From Rhodospirillales bacterium (lineage in GTDB: Bacteria > Pseudomonadota > Alphaproteobacteria > Rhodospirillales > UBA2165), in assembly GCA_022822205.1 (NCBI GenBank), contig JAJECC010000038.1, positions 68,529 to 132,528 of the forward strand: 64,000 nucleotides of DNA. Direction: 5' to 3'. Position numbers and translations under genes: made by a program. The notes under the pieces were generated by a model, which saw nothing but the letters and a program-made list of their open reading frames with translations, made no database searches and was not told where the DNA came from. Within the stretch, counting starts at the first letter, position 1. Every line of letters starts with the position of its first letter. Positions 9,563-19,604 of the stretch are shown in pieces.

Positions 9563-12556
9563 ATGCAACAATTGACAATTTGGTCACAGGAAGCGGTTTT
9601 TCCGGCTCCCGCCGATCCGGATCGGGTGACGCTCGGCATTGACCGCCTGACCGACTCGCTGCGGCGGCTTCTGGACGCCGACGAGGCGCCCGCCGCGTGC
9701 GCCGCGGTGTTGGAGGACTCGCGTGTCGGCGAGGCGATGGCCGCGCTGTTCGGCAATAGCACCTTCCTCGCCCGTTCGGCCGCCGCCGAACCGGTGTTTT
9801 TCACCGAACTGATGACCCGGGGGCCGGACGCCATGCTCGAACAGGCGGGAGAACTGCCGCCCTGGCCGGCCGCCGGGATGACCGAGGCCGGCGTCATGGC
9901 GGCGCTTCGCAAAGCCAAGCGGCGCATTGCGCTGCTGACGGCGGTCGCGGACATTTCGGGCGAGTGGCCGCTCGAACGCGTCACCCGCGTCCTCAGCGAA
10001 TTCGCCGACACGGCCGTATCCGCGGCCTGCCGGTACCTGCTGCTCCATGCGCCGGGGGCCGACATTCTAAACGGCCTGGAGCCGTCCGATCCGGAACCCG
10101 GGTCCGGGCTGATCGTCCTCGGCGTGGGCAAGCTCGGCGCCAACGAACTGAACTATTCGAGCGACGTCGACCTGATCGTCTTGTACGACCCGGCGGCGAT
10201 CGAGACCGACAGGCCGGACGAGCTCCAGCGGTTCTTCGTCCGCTTGAGCCGCGATCTGGTGAAGATGCTGTCCGAGCCGACCAGGGACGGGTACGTGTTC
10301 CGCGCCGATTTGCGCCTGCGGCCGGACCCGGGCTCCACCCCGACCGCCATATCGGTGACCGCCGCCGAAACCTATTACGAGAGCGTCGGCCAGAACTGGG
10401 AGCGGGCGGCCATGATCAAGGCGCGCCAGGTTGCCGGCGACAAGGAAGCGGGCGGCCGGTTCCTCCATCACCTTCAGCCGTTCATCTGGCGGCGCAACCT
10501 GGATTTCGCCGCCATCCAGGATATTCATTCCATCAAACGCCAGATCAATGCCCACCGGGGGGGCGCGACAATCAAGGTGCCGGGCCACAACGTGAAGCTG
10601 GGGCGCGGCGGCATCCGCGAGATCGAGTTTTTCGTCCAGACCCAGCAGCTCATCTGGGGCGGGCGCGACCCGAGCCTGCGGACGCCGACCACCCTCGGCG
10701 CGCTGCGGGGTTTGGTCGCCGCGGGTCAGGTTGAAGCCGCCGTCGCGGAGGAGCTGACCGAGGCGTATGAATTCCTTCGCCGGCTGGAGCATCGCCTGCA
10801 GATGGTCGAGGACCGCCAGACCCATGATTTGCCCGGCGACGATGAAGGCATCGCCGAGATCGCCACCTTCATGGGGTTCGGGAATATCGGCGCGTTCAAA
10901 ACAGAGCTGCTGAGAATTCTGCGGACGGTTGAAAGCCGCTATGCCGAACTGTTCGAGGACGAACCGGCCCTTTCCGTCGATGCCGAGGTGAGCGGCAACC
11001 TGATTTTCACGGGAACCGAGGACGACCCGGATACCATGGAGACCCTGAAATCGCTGGGCTACACCGAGCCCGGCCGGGTCGCGGCCGCCATCCGGGCCTG
11101 GCACCATGCGCGCTACCGGGCGACCCGCAGCGAACGCGCGCGCCAGATTCTGACCGAGCTGGTCCCCCTGCTCCTCACCTCGTTCGGCAAGACCCCGGAT
11201 CCGGACACGGCGTTCGCCGGATTCGACGACATTCTGCGCGGCCTGCCGGCGGGCATCCAGCTGTTTTCCATGCTGTGGGCCAATCCGACCCTGATCGACT
11301 TGATCGGCGAGATCACCGGAACGGCGCCCCGGCTCGCCGGCCACCTGGGCCGTCACCCGGCCCTGCTCGAAAGCGTCCTGGAAGCCGACTTTCACGATCA
11401 ACTGCCGGAGGAATCATGGCTCGAAGCGGATCTCCGCGCGGCCGTCGGCCCCCTGGACAATTTCGAAGACGCCCTCGACGCGATCCAGCGGTGGAGCAAT
11501 GACCACAAGTTCCGGATCGGCGTGCGATGCCTGCTCAACCTGACGACCTGGGACCGGGCCGGCGCCGACCTCGCGGCGGCCGCCGACGTATCGCTGCGGG
11601 TTTTGCAGTCGGCCGTCGAATCGGAATTCGCCAAAAGCCACGGCCGGATCGCCGGCGGCGAGCTGGCGATCGTCGCGCTCGGCAAGCTGGGGGGGCGTGA
11701 GATGACCCCGACCTCCGATCTTGATCTCGTGTTCGTTTACGATTTCGATCCCGGCGGCGAAGCATCGGACGGCGAACGGTCATTGTCGCCGGGACCGTAT
11801 TTCGCCCGCTACGCCCAGCGGCTGATCACCGCCATCACCGCGCCCACCGCCGAAGGCAAATTGTACGAAGTGGACATGCGGCTCCGGCCGTCGGGCACCG
11901 CCGGGCCCATCGCCTCCAGCCTCGAAGCCTTCCGGCAGTATCATACGGACTCGGCCTGGACCTGGGAAAACCTCGCCATCTCCCGGGCGCGGGTGTTGAG
12001 CGGCTCCGGGACCATCCGCGGGAAGATCGAGGACGTGATCCGCGAAACCCTCACCCGAAAACGCGACGGGGAAAGCCTGGTCCGGGACGTGGCGGCTATG
12101 CGCCGGCGGATCGCCGGGGAACACGGCGCCGAAGTGCCGTGGGAAGTGAAGCACCGGCGGGGCGGCCTGGTCGATGTGGAGTTCATTATCCAGTATCTCC
12201 AGTTGCGCCACGGTCACGCGCACCCCGCCGTGCTGGCCGCCAATACCCGCCGGGCGCTGGAGAATCTGCACGACGAACAAGTGGTCCCGGAAGCCGATTA
12301 CCGGGCGCTCGGCGAGGCGCTCGGTCTGTGGCAGGCCGTTCAGGGAGTGTTCCGGCTGACCATCGAAGGGTTCCTGGATGACGTCATCACCAACAGCATG
12401 CCGGCCAGTCTGGAGCGCATCCTGGCGGGCGCGACGGGATCGGAGACGGTGGACGCCCTGCTGGCGCGGATGGACGAGACCGCCGGGACGGTCCGGGAGA
12501 TTTACCGCCGGCTGATCGATGCCCCGGCGGAGGCCGCCGGGAAGGAAGCCCCGTGA
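9563..12556 (+). CDS. glnE: bifunctional glutamine synthetase adenylyltransferase/deadenylylase
   Basis: Two nucleotidyltransferase domains: GKLGANELNYSSDVDLI...DLRLRP and GKLGGREMTPTSDLDLVF...VDMRLRPSG. Confidence 0.95.
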   Translation: MQQLTIWSQEAVFPAPADPDRVTLGIDRLTDSLRRLLDADEAPAACAAVLEDSRVGEAMAALFGNSTFLARSAAAEPVFFTELMTRGPDAMLEQAGELPPWPAAGMTEAGVMAALRKAKRRIALLTAVADISGEWPLERVTRVLSEFADTAVSAACRYLLLHAPGADILNGLEPSDPEPGSGLIVLGVGKLGANELNYSSDVDLIVLYDPAAIETDRPDELQRFFVRLSRDLVKMLSEPTRDGYVFRADLRLRPDPGSTPTAISVTAAETYYESVGQNWERAAMIKARQVAGDKEAGGRFLHHLQPFIWRRNLDFAAIQDIHSIKRQINAHRGGATIKVPGHNVKLGRGGIREIEFFVQTQQLIWGGRDPSLRTPTTLGALRGLVAAGQVEAAVAEELTEAYEFLRRLEHRLQMVEDRQTHDLPGDDEGIAEIATFMGFGNIGAFKTELLRILRTVESRYAELFEDEPALSVDAEVSGNLIFTGTEDDPDTMETLKSLGYTEPGRVAAAIRAWHHARYRATRSERARQILTELVPLLLTSFGKTPDPDTAFAGFDDILRGLPAGIQLFSMLWANPTLIDLIGEITGTAPRLAGHLGRHPALLESVLEADFHDQLPEESWLEADLRAAVGPLDNFEDALDAIQRWSNDHKFRIGVRCLLNLTTWDRAGADLAAAADVSLRVLQSAVESEFAKSHGRIAGGELAIVALGKLGGREMTPTSDLDLVFVYDFDPGGEASDGERSLSPGPYFARYAQRLITAITAPTAEGKLYEVDMRLRPSGTAGPIASSLEAFRQYHTDSAWTWENLAISRARVLSGSGTIRGKIEDVIRETLTRKRDGESLVRDVAAMRRRIAGEHGAEVPWEVKHRRGGLVDVEFIIQYLQLRHGHAHPAVLAANTRRALENLHDEQVVPEADYRALGEALGLWQAVQGVFRLTIEGFLDDVITNSMPASLERILAGATGSETVDALLARMDETAGTVREIYRRLIDAPAEAAGKEAP

Positions 12557-13368
12557 GCCGCCGCCGCACCTTCGAAAGCCTCACCGAAGCGGCGGTGGCG
12601 GTGCTTGAAACCGCGCCCGCGGACGCCAAGGCGGACCTCAGCCGCGCCGTCGCCGCCATGTGGCGGGACGGCAGCATCGCCGAGATCGGCGCGGCCCGCC
12701 CTCCCGACCGGCCCGCGCGTCCGGCGCGGCCCCGGTTGCTGATGCCCCGCGACATGCCCAGGCGGCGCGGCGGCGGGCCCGCGAAGCGCATCGCCTTTCT
12801 CCATGCCATCGCCCATATCGAGCTGAACGCCATCGACCTGGCCTGGGATCTGATTGCCCGCTTCGCCGGCCCGGCCTTGCCCCGCGAATTCCACGACGAC
12901 TGGGTGCGGGTCGCGGACGAGGAGGCCAGGCATTTCAGCCTCCTCGCCGGCCTCCTGGAGGACGCGGGCACGGCTTACGGCGACCTGCCGGCGCACGACG
13001 GCCTGTGGGAGGCGGCATGCGAAACCGCCGACGACATCCTGGCCCGTATCGCCATCGTGCCCATGGTATTGGAGGCCCGCGGCCTCGACACCGCGCCGGG
13101 CGCCATCGAACGGCTCGGCAGGGCCGGCGACGAAGCGTCCGTCCGGGTTCTGGAAATCATCGCCCGGGACGAGGAGACCCATGTGGGGTTCGGGGTCAAG
13201 TGGTTCGACCGCTTGTGCGCGGAGCGGGGGCTCGACCCGGCGGACACCTTCCGGGAGCTGGTGAGATCACGGTTCAAGGGCGCGCTGAAACCGCCGTTCG
13301 CCGAGGCCGCGCGGGAACGCGCGGGGTTTCCCAAATCCTATTACGAACCGCTGGCGGCGGGCCTTTAA
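12553..13368 (+). CDS. ferritin-like DUF455 family protein
   Basis: HAIAHIELNAIDLAWD, DEEARHF, LEARGLD, DEETHV di-iron motifs; GTGA overlap with glnE. Confidence 0.9.
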   Translation: MSRRRTFESLTEAAVAVLETAPADAKADLSRAVAAMWRDGSIAEIGAARPPDRPARPARPRLLMPRDMPRRRGGGPAKRIAFLHAIAHIELNAIDLAWDLIARFAGPALPREFHDDWVRVADEEARHFSLLAGLLEDAGTAYGDLPAHDGLWEAACETADDILARIAIVPMVLEARGLDTAPGAIERLGRAGDEASVRVLEIIARDEETHVGFGVKWFDRLCAERGLDPADTFRELVRSRFKGALKPPFAEAARERAGFPKSYYEPLAAGL

Positions 13369-13454
13369 AATTAGGCAACTTTCGATAGTGCCGCTATTAT
13401 TGTTGTCGCTAGCCACTTTGCCGAAACCGTCAGCACCGCTTCTGAAAACTTTCG

Positions 13455-14339
13455 ATGCACTTACAGCAAACCAAGCGCGCGAGTTCTTCATCAGGCGGTC
13501 CGCAGTACTATTTCCACAGCCTAAATAGGGCCACCAAGACTTACCTGCGAAGTGAAGGCTCAGTGCCAGTGGCATTAATCACCCCATATGGCGCGACGAA
13601 ATCAGACTTCTTTGCTGTCAGCAGTCAACATAAACTCGACACGAACCTTAAGCCCGTTCCGGGCAAGGTGGGTCATGACAGAATTCAACAAGGCACGGCG
13701 GCGGCCAGCATTGGCGAAGAAATCCGCAAATGGTATAGCCTGCCAAAAGGCCAGTTCGAGAGAATTGACATAGAAATCGAGATTATTGACGACGCATTTT
13801 ATCTCAGGCCGATCTCATGTAAGTACGCGACCCCATCCAAGACACGTACACTGCCGAAAATCGAGAGACCGCTTACATTCACCCGAGAATATCAAAGCCC
13901 ATTTTGGCTGGATCAGATGAAGAAGATTGGTCGAGCCCAATCAAGCATTCTCGAATGGTCGCTGAAGGAAATATCCCGCATTGCAAAGGATCATCGTGAG
14001 GGGTCTAAGCTACCTTATATTCAGGAAACGGATATTCTGAGGGCCTCGGGACCGCTAGGCCATTTGGGTTTAACTTTGGGAGGCTATGTGGGCAAAGGAT
14101 ATGATTGCGTATCCGTCTTTAAATTTCTCAAATTTCCTGAGTACTCGGTGCCTATCGAAATCAAGAAGAACAGCAAGGGTTTCACCTATCAAATGGAGAA
14201 ATACGGCAAGGACGAACTGAGTAGGGCGATTGTTTTGTGCGCCAACCACGATCTACCCGCTGTTCCGAGTAATATTGACGTAATTGAGTTGGAAGCGTTT
14301 CACGAATTCGGCAAAGACAAACTATCGATTTCAGAATGA
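13455..14339 (+). CDS. hypothetical protein, putative PD-(D/E)XK restriction-type endonuclease
   Basis: AT-richer ORF coupled by ATGA overlap to a DNA methyltransferase; C-terminal GYDC...PIEIKK resembles a D..(E)XK catalytic core. Confidence 0.55.
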   Translation: MHLQQTKRASSSSGGPQYYFHSLNRATKTYLRSEGSVPVALITPYGATKSDFFAVSSQHKLDTNLKPVPGKVGHDRIQQGTAAASIGEEIRKWYSLPKGQFERIDIEIEIIDDAFYLRPISCKYATPSKTRTLPKIERPLTFTREYQSPFWLDQMKKIGRAQSSILEWSLKEISRIAKDHREGSKLPYIQETDILRASGPLGHLGLTLGGYVGKGYDCVSVFKFLKFPEYSVPIEIKKNSKGFTYQMEKYGKDELSRAIVLCANHDLPAVPSNIDVIELEAFHEFGKDKLSISE

Positions 14340-15844
14340 TTAAGTACGGCGAAATCGTCCCAATTGACACGCCAATCGCGGCTTCCAGACAATCTGCGAA
14401 GCGACACTATGGTGTGCACCCCTATTTTACTCGTCGCCCGTACAACGTCGTTCGTGACTATATATTAAGGTATAGCAGCGAGGGAGATCGCGTTCTCGAC
14501 CCTTTTGGAGGGTCCGGGGTGACCGCCATCGAAGCATACCTATCCAATAGGACGGGAATCCAAAATGACATAAATCCGCTCGCGAATTTTATCGCAAGTG
14601 GAATAGCCAGATTATCGGAGGGTGACGTCTCTGAGTACCAGTCAGGCTTGGCAATTCTTGAGGAAAGGTGCAAGGCACGTTTGGAAGATTTGGAACGCGC
14701 CTCCGAGAATGATTTAGTTAACATATTGCCGGACCTCGCTCTTCCCCCAAATGTTCCCTTACCATCTAATTCGGATTCAAATTTTCTTTATGATCTTTTT
14801 GATCGGCGACAACTGGCCGCACTGGCTTTGATTCGCCAAGAAATTAAGAGAATTCGTAGGCCCTACGTTCGAGAGGCAATGCTCCTGGCATTTTCCGCTG
14901 CGCTTTCGAAGTTAAACGGTACATTCCTCTCAGCAGAAGGCCGGGCTGCTTCACGAGGTGGCTCCAGCATATTTAGTATTTATCGGTATAAAATTGCCAA
15001 GGAGCCTGTTCACCTCCCGTTTTGGACGACATTCCGTGAACGTGTTGGCAATGTGTTGGAGGCCAAGGCAGAAATCGACAGGGTTATCGAGGTTCAGAAA
15101 TTAACAGGGAAATGGAAAGGGAACTTCCTAACCTACAAATATGACGTTTTGGAGTTGCCTGACCGGCTTGAGGAAGAAGTCGACTACATTTTCACTGACC
15201 CACCTTATGGTGGCCATATAGCCTACCTTGATCTGTCTACTATGTGGAACGCCTGGCTTGGTATCTCTCCCCGCGCCGACTTGGCTAAAAAGGAGATCAT
15301 CGTGGGAGGGGAGCGAGAGATACCGGAGTCTGTTTACGTCGATCGACTGGGCGCGAGTATAAAGGCCTGCTTGGCAGCGTTGAAGAAAGACCGCTGGATG
15401 TCGGTCGTATTTCAGCACTGGAACGTGGAGTATTTTGACGCCATCTTGACCTCTGCATCGGACTCTGGCGCTGAACTGAAAGCCGCTGTCTCGCAAATTG
15501 GCGACCCAATCTGGTCGATGCACAAAAAGAAGAGTCGAGACTCAGTCTTAGCCGGCGAACTGATCCTGACTTTCTACAATTCGGGCAAGGCAACAAAACG
15601 CCGTGAACAGCGTACGTTTGACCTGGAAGCAGAGGTAAGCACCCTTCTGAACGACCTGGCTGAACCAATTTACGGTGAGCTCCTGCTGAATAGAATTGTC
15701 GTAAACGCTTGGAAGAGCGGTGCAATCAAATCGCTCACAATTTCCAAGCAGGAATTCTCGGCACTTCTAGAGGACCTCGGCTGGCACTACGACAACTCAA
15801 AGCACTATTGGCTGAAGGACCAACATTCAGAGCTCTTAGTGTAG
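14336..15844 (+). CDS. site-specific amino (N6-A or N4-C) DNA methyltransferase, alpha-type motif order
   Basis: VHPYF, motif I VLDPFGGSGVT, NDINP, then motif IV YIFTDPPY. Confidence 0.88.
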   Translation: MIKYGEIVPIDTPIAASRQSAKRHYGVHPYFTRRPYNVVRDYILRYSSEGDRVLDPFGGSGVTAIEAYLSNRTGIQNDINPLANFIASGIARLSEGDVSEYQSGLAILEERCKARLEDLERASENDLVNILPDLALPPNVPLPSNSDSNFLYDLFDRRQLAALALIRQEIKRIRRPYVREAMLLAFSAALSKLNGTFLSAEGRAASRGGSSIFSIYRYKIAKEPVHLPFWTTFRERVGNVLEAKAEIDRVIEVQKLTGKWKGNFLTYKYDVLELPDRLEEEVDYIFTDPPYGGHIAYLDLSTMWNAWLGISPRADLAKKEIIVGGEREIPESVYVDRLGASIKACLAALKKDRWMSVVFQHWNVEYFDAILTSASDSGAELKAAVSQIGDPIWSMHKKKSRDSVLAGELILTFYNSGKATKRREQRTFDLEAEVSTLLNDLAEPIYGELLLNRIVVNAWKSGAIKSLTISKQEFSALLEDLGWHYDNSKHYWLKDQHSELLV

Positions 15845-15851
15845 TCGGCGC

Positions 15852-16971
15852 TTAGTCCCCGCCCTCGCCCGACGCCTCGATGCGGGCGGCCAGCGCCGCG
15901 GCCATGAACTCGTCCAGGTCGCCGTCGAGCACGGCCTGGGTGTTGGACGTCTCCATATCGGTCCTGAGGTCCTTCACCATCTGGTAGGGCTGCAGCACAT
16001 AGGAGCGGATCTGGTGCCCCCAGCCGATATCGGTCTTGGCCTCGTGCTGGGCCTGGGCTTCCTCCTCCCGCTTCTGCAATTCCGCCTCGTAGAGCCGGGC
16101 GCGCAGCATGCCGAACGCGGCCGCCCGGTTACGGTGCTGGGAGCGGTCGTTCTGGCACTGGACGACGATGCCCGTCGGAATATGGGTAATGCGGATGGCG
16201 GAATCCGTCTTGTTGACGTGCTGGCCGCCGGCCCCGGACGCCCGGTAGGTGTCCACCCGGATGTCCTTGTCGTTGATCTCCACCTCGATGTCGTCGTCGA
16301 TCACCGGAAACACCCAGACGGACGCGAAACTGGTGTGGCGCCGGGCGCTCGCGTCATAGGGCGAGATGCGCACCAGCCGGTGGACGCCGCTTTCGGTCTT
16401 CAGCCATCCATAGGCGTCGGCGCCCAGGACCCGCACCGTCGAGGATTTGATGCCGGCTTCCTCGCCCGCGCTCTCCTCCAGCCATTCGAGCTTGTAGCCG
16501 CGGCCTTCCGCCCAGCGGGCGTACATGCGCAGCAGCATCTGCGCCCAGTCCTGCGCCTCGGTGCCGCCGGCGCCGGCATGGACCTCGAGATAGCAATCGT
16601 TGCCGTCGGCCTCCCCCGACAACAGGGCGCGGACCCGCTCTTTCCCGGCCCGGGCCGCCAGCGCCTTGAGCGCCGATTCCGCCTCGCGGACCACGTCGCC
16701 GTCGTCCTCGGCCTCGCCGAGTTCGATCAGCTCCAGATTGTCGGAGAGTTCCCGTTCCAACTCGTCGAGGGCCTTGATCCCGCCCTCCAGGCGGGTGCGC
16801 TCGCGCATCACCGTCTGAGCGCGGGCCTGGTCGCTCCACAGGCCGGGGTCTTCGGCGAGAGCGTTCAGCTCGGCGAGGCGCTTGACGGCGGCGTCATAGT
16901 CAAAGCCGCCTCCTCAGCAGTTCGAGGGACTGCTTGATCTGCTCGGAGAGGGTCTCGATTTCGGCGCGCAC
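15852..16971 (-). CDS. prfB: peptide chain release factor 2 (programmed +1 frameshift)
   Basis: GTG at 16971 gives [23 protein letters not shown] then CTT TGA C; the +1 frame continues DYDAAVKRL to [17 protein letters not shown]. Confidence 0.97.
16899..16914 (-). promoter_or_regulatory. prfB frameshift signal
   Basis: AGGAGG-CGG-CTTTGAC on the minus strand: internal Shine-Dalgarno 3 nt before the slippery CTT TGA C. Confidence 0.95.
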
Positions 16972-17051
16972 GGGAGGTCTCGGTGATCGGCGTTGGGAGG
17001 GTCTCGGCGGAGTGTCTTAGAGGGTTCGGGAGACGGGTACAACAACCGTCG

Positions 17052-19466
17052 TCAATAAAGCCCGCCGGTGCCGGACGCGGGCGCCCGGGTGGTCACCGTC
17101 AGGCCGTCGAGCACGTTCTCCTCGCCCGACGGGATCCTGCCCGGCTTGAACGCTTCGAGAATGACGTTGCGGTCGCCGCCCCGGGCCGGCTTGCCGGAAG
17201 CGGCGTTGACCCGCACCAGCCTGATGCCCTCCGGAATCCGGAACGGAATGGCGGCCTCGCCGTCGAGGGCCTCGGCCATGAACCGCTTGAAGATCGGCGC
17301 CGCCGCGCTGGCGCCCTGCTCCCGCGCGCCGAGGGACCGGGGGGTGTCGAAGCCGACGAAGACCCCGACGGCGAGGTCCGGCGAGAAGCCGACGAACCAG
17401 GTATCCAACGCATCGTTGGTGGTGCCGGTCTTGCCGGCCAGGGGCTTGCCGATGGACTTGATCTGGCGTCCCGTGCCCCGCTCCACCGCGCCCTGAAGCA
17501 TGGAAACCATCTGGTAGGCGCTGGCGGGATCGGCGACCCGCTCCCGGGTGTCCGGAATGCCGGGAACCGGCTGATTGGTCCAGAAGGCCGCCCGGCAGTC
17601 CCGGCACGCCCGGTTGTCGTGACGGTAGACGTTCCTGCCGTGACGGTCCTGGATGCGGTCGATGAGGGTCGGTTTGATCCGTTTTCCGCCGTTGACCATC
17701 ATCGCGTAGGACGCGGTCAGCCGCATCAGCGTGGTCTCGCCGGCGCCGAGCGACATGGAAAGCCGGCGCGGCAGGTCGTCGGCGACGCCGAGCCGCCGGG
17801 CGAATTGGGCGACGCGGTCGATGCCGATGGTTTGGGCGAGGCGCACGGTCATCAGGTTGCGCGACTTCTCGATGCCGAGGCGCATGGTGCTCGGCCCGTA
17901 GAATTTCTTGGTGTAGTTGGCCGGCCGCCATTTGGGCAAACCGGGCCCCTGGTCGATGACGAACGGCGCATCGAGAATCAGGGTGGAGGGCGTAAAGCCG
18001 GCGTCCAGGGCCGCCAGATAGACGATCGGCTTGAAGGCGGAGCCCGGCTGGCGCTGCGCCTGGACCGCGCGGTTGAACTGGCTGCGCTCGAAGGAATAGC
18101 CGCCCGACATGGCCAGCACGCGCCCCGTATGGGGATCGAGCGCCACCACCGCGCCGTCGATCTCGGGGATCTGCTTGAGGGCGAAGGTATTGTCCGGATA
18201 GGGTTTTCCCTCCCCGGTCTCGAAGACTTGGTGGACCGCGACCACGTCGCCGGCGGCCAGTACGCCGCTCGCCGCTTTCACCCGGGGGCCGAGCCGTTCC
18301 TTCTTCTTCCACGCCCGGGCCCACTTCAACTCATCGAGCGGAATGATCCCGGTGCGGCCGTCATCGACGCCGATGGCCGCCGATTTGTCGTCCGCCGACA
18401 GCACGATGGCCAACCGCCAGTGGTCGAGGCCCTTGGGCGCCTCGACCTCGGCCAGCTGCGCCAGCCAGTCGGTCACCGGCCCGGCCCGGGCGATGGGCCC
18501 CCGCCAGCCATGACGCCGGTCGTATGCCTCGAGCCCGGCACGCAGCGCCCGGTCGGCGATGTCCTGAAGCCGCGGGCTCAAGGTGGTGCGCACCGAGAGA
18601 CCGCCCTTGTAGAGCTCATCCTCGCCGTAACGCTGCACCAGTTCGCGCCGGACCTCCTCGGCGAAGTAGTCGGCGTTGACGAATTCGGTGGCGTCCCGCT
18701 TGCGGACGATCAGCGGCTGGGCCTTCGCCGCCGCCGCCGCCTCGGGCGTAATCACGCCGTCTTCGAGCATCCGGTCGACCACCCAGTCCCGGCGGCCCTT
18801 GGCGGCGCGGGGCTTTGTCAGCGGGTTGTAGTTGTTGGGGGCCTTGGGCAGCGCGGCCAGGAGGGCGGCCTCGGAAACGGTCAGCGCGTCGAGCGATTTG
18901 TTGAAGTAGTTGAGCGCCGCGGCGGCGACGCCGAACGAGCCGAAGCCGAGATAAATCTCGTTCAGGTAAAGCTCGAGGATGCGCTCCTTGGCAAGCGCCC
19001 GCTCGATCCGGAAGGCAAGAATCGCCTCCTTGATCTTGCGTTCGACCGTAACATCGGAGGTCAGCAGGAAATTCTTCGCCACCTGCTGGGTAATGGTCGA
19101 AGCGCCCACCAGCCGCCGGTTGGTGGAGATGTTCTTGAGATTGGTGATCACCGCGCGGCCGACGCCGATGGGATCGACCCCGGGATGGGTGAAAAAGTTC
19201 TTGTCTTCGGCCGACAGGAACGCGTTGATCACCCGCTTGGGCATGGCGCCGACGGGAATGAACACCCTGCGTTCGACAGCGAATTCAGCCAGCAGCCGTC
19301 CGTCGCCGGCCTGCACCCGGGTCATCACCGGCGGTTCGTAGTCGGCCAGTTGCCGGTAGTCGGGCAGCCCCCGCCCGTACTTGTAGAAGATGTAGATACC
19401 GCCGCCGGCGCCCGCGAGAACGACGATCAACAGAAAGCTGACAAGGGCGATAAACGTCTTAAGCAT
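17052..19466 (-). CDS. mrcA: penicillin-binding protein 1A
   Basis: Transglycosylase AEDKNF, GASTITQQVAKN, RKIKE; transpeptidase SAFK, SRN, KTG; ATG at 19466 preferred. Confidence 0.95.
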   Translation of the reverse strand: MLKTFIALVSFLLIVVLAGAGGGIYIFYKYGRGLPDYRQLADYEPPVMTRVQAGDGRLLAEFAVERRVFIPVGAMPKRVINAFLSAEDKNFFTHPGVDPIGVGRAVITNLKNISTNRRLVGASTITQQVAKNFLLTSDVTVERKIKEAILAFRIERALAKERILELYLNEIYLGFGSFGVAAAALNYFNKSLDALTVSEAALLAALPKAPNNYNPLTKPRAAKGRRDWVVDRMLEDGVITPEAAAAAKAQPLIVRKRDATEFVNADYFAEEVRRELVQRYGEDELYKGGLSVRTTLSPRLQDIADRALRAGLEAYDRRHGWRGPIARAGPVTDWLAQLAEVEAPKGLDHWRLAIVLSADDKSAAIGVDDGRTGIIPLDELKWARAWKKKERLGPRVKAASGVLAAGDVVAVHQVFETGEGKPYPDNTFALKQIPEIDGAVVALDPHTGRVLAMSGGYSFERSQFNRAVQAQRQPGSAFKPIVYLAALDAGFTPSTLILDAPFVIDQGPGLPKWRPANYTKKFYGPSTMRLGIEKSRNLMTVRLAQTIGIDRVAQFARRLGVADDLPRRLSMSLGAGETTLMRLTASYAMMVNGGKRIKPTLIDRIQDRHGRNVYRHDNRACRDCRAAFWTNQPVPGIPDTRERVADPASAYQMVSMLQGAVERGTGRQIKSIGKPLAGKTGTTNDALDTWFVGFSPDLAVGVFVGFDTPRSLGAREQGASAAAPIFKRFMAEALDGEAAIPFRIPEGIRLVRVNAASGKPARGGDRNVILEAFKPGRIPSGEENVLDGLTVTTRAPASGTGGLY

Positions 19467-19604
19467 GTCCGGCTGGTCCAACCTGGCATTTCGCGCCGCC
19501 AAAGCGCTCCATCTTCGTCCTATGCGCCCCCCGGCGCAATGGCCTGACGCGGGAGTTAACGCGGAATTGTGGCGGCTTTGTGGCGCAATTCGGCGCTTTG
19601 CCTC

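Larger units (their letters stand above)
13369..15851. mobile_element. AT-richer foreign two-gene insert (restriction-modification-like islet)
   Basis: Abrupt drop in GC and GC3 right after the DUF455 stop, returning to high GC at the prfB stop; no integrase or terminal repeats seen. Confidence 0.65.

Noticed and set aside
16983-19547. 854-aa plus-strand ORF
   Set aside because: Antisense shadow of mrcA; high-GC codon bias suppresses stops and no protein motifs are present.
19555-19570. CtrA box upstream of mrcA
   Set aside because: Only one TTAA half-site; the second half (TTGT) does not fit TTAA-N7-TTAA.
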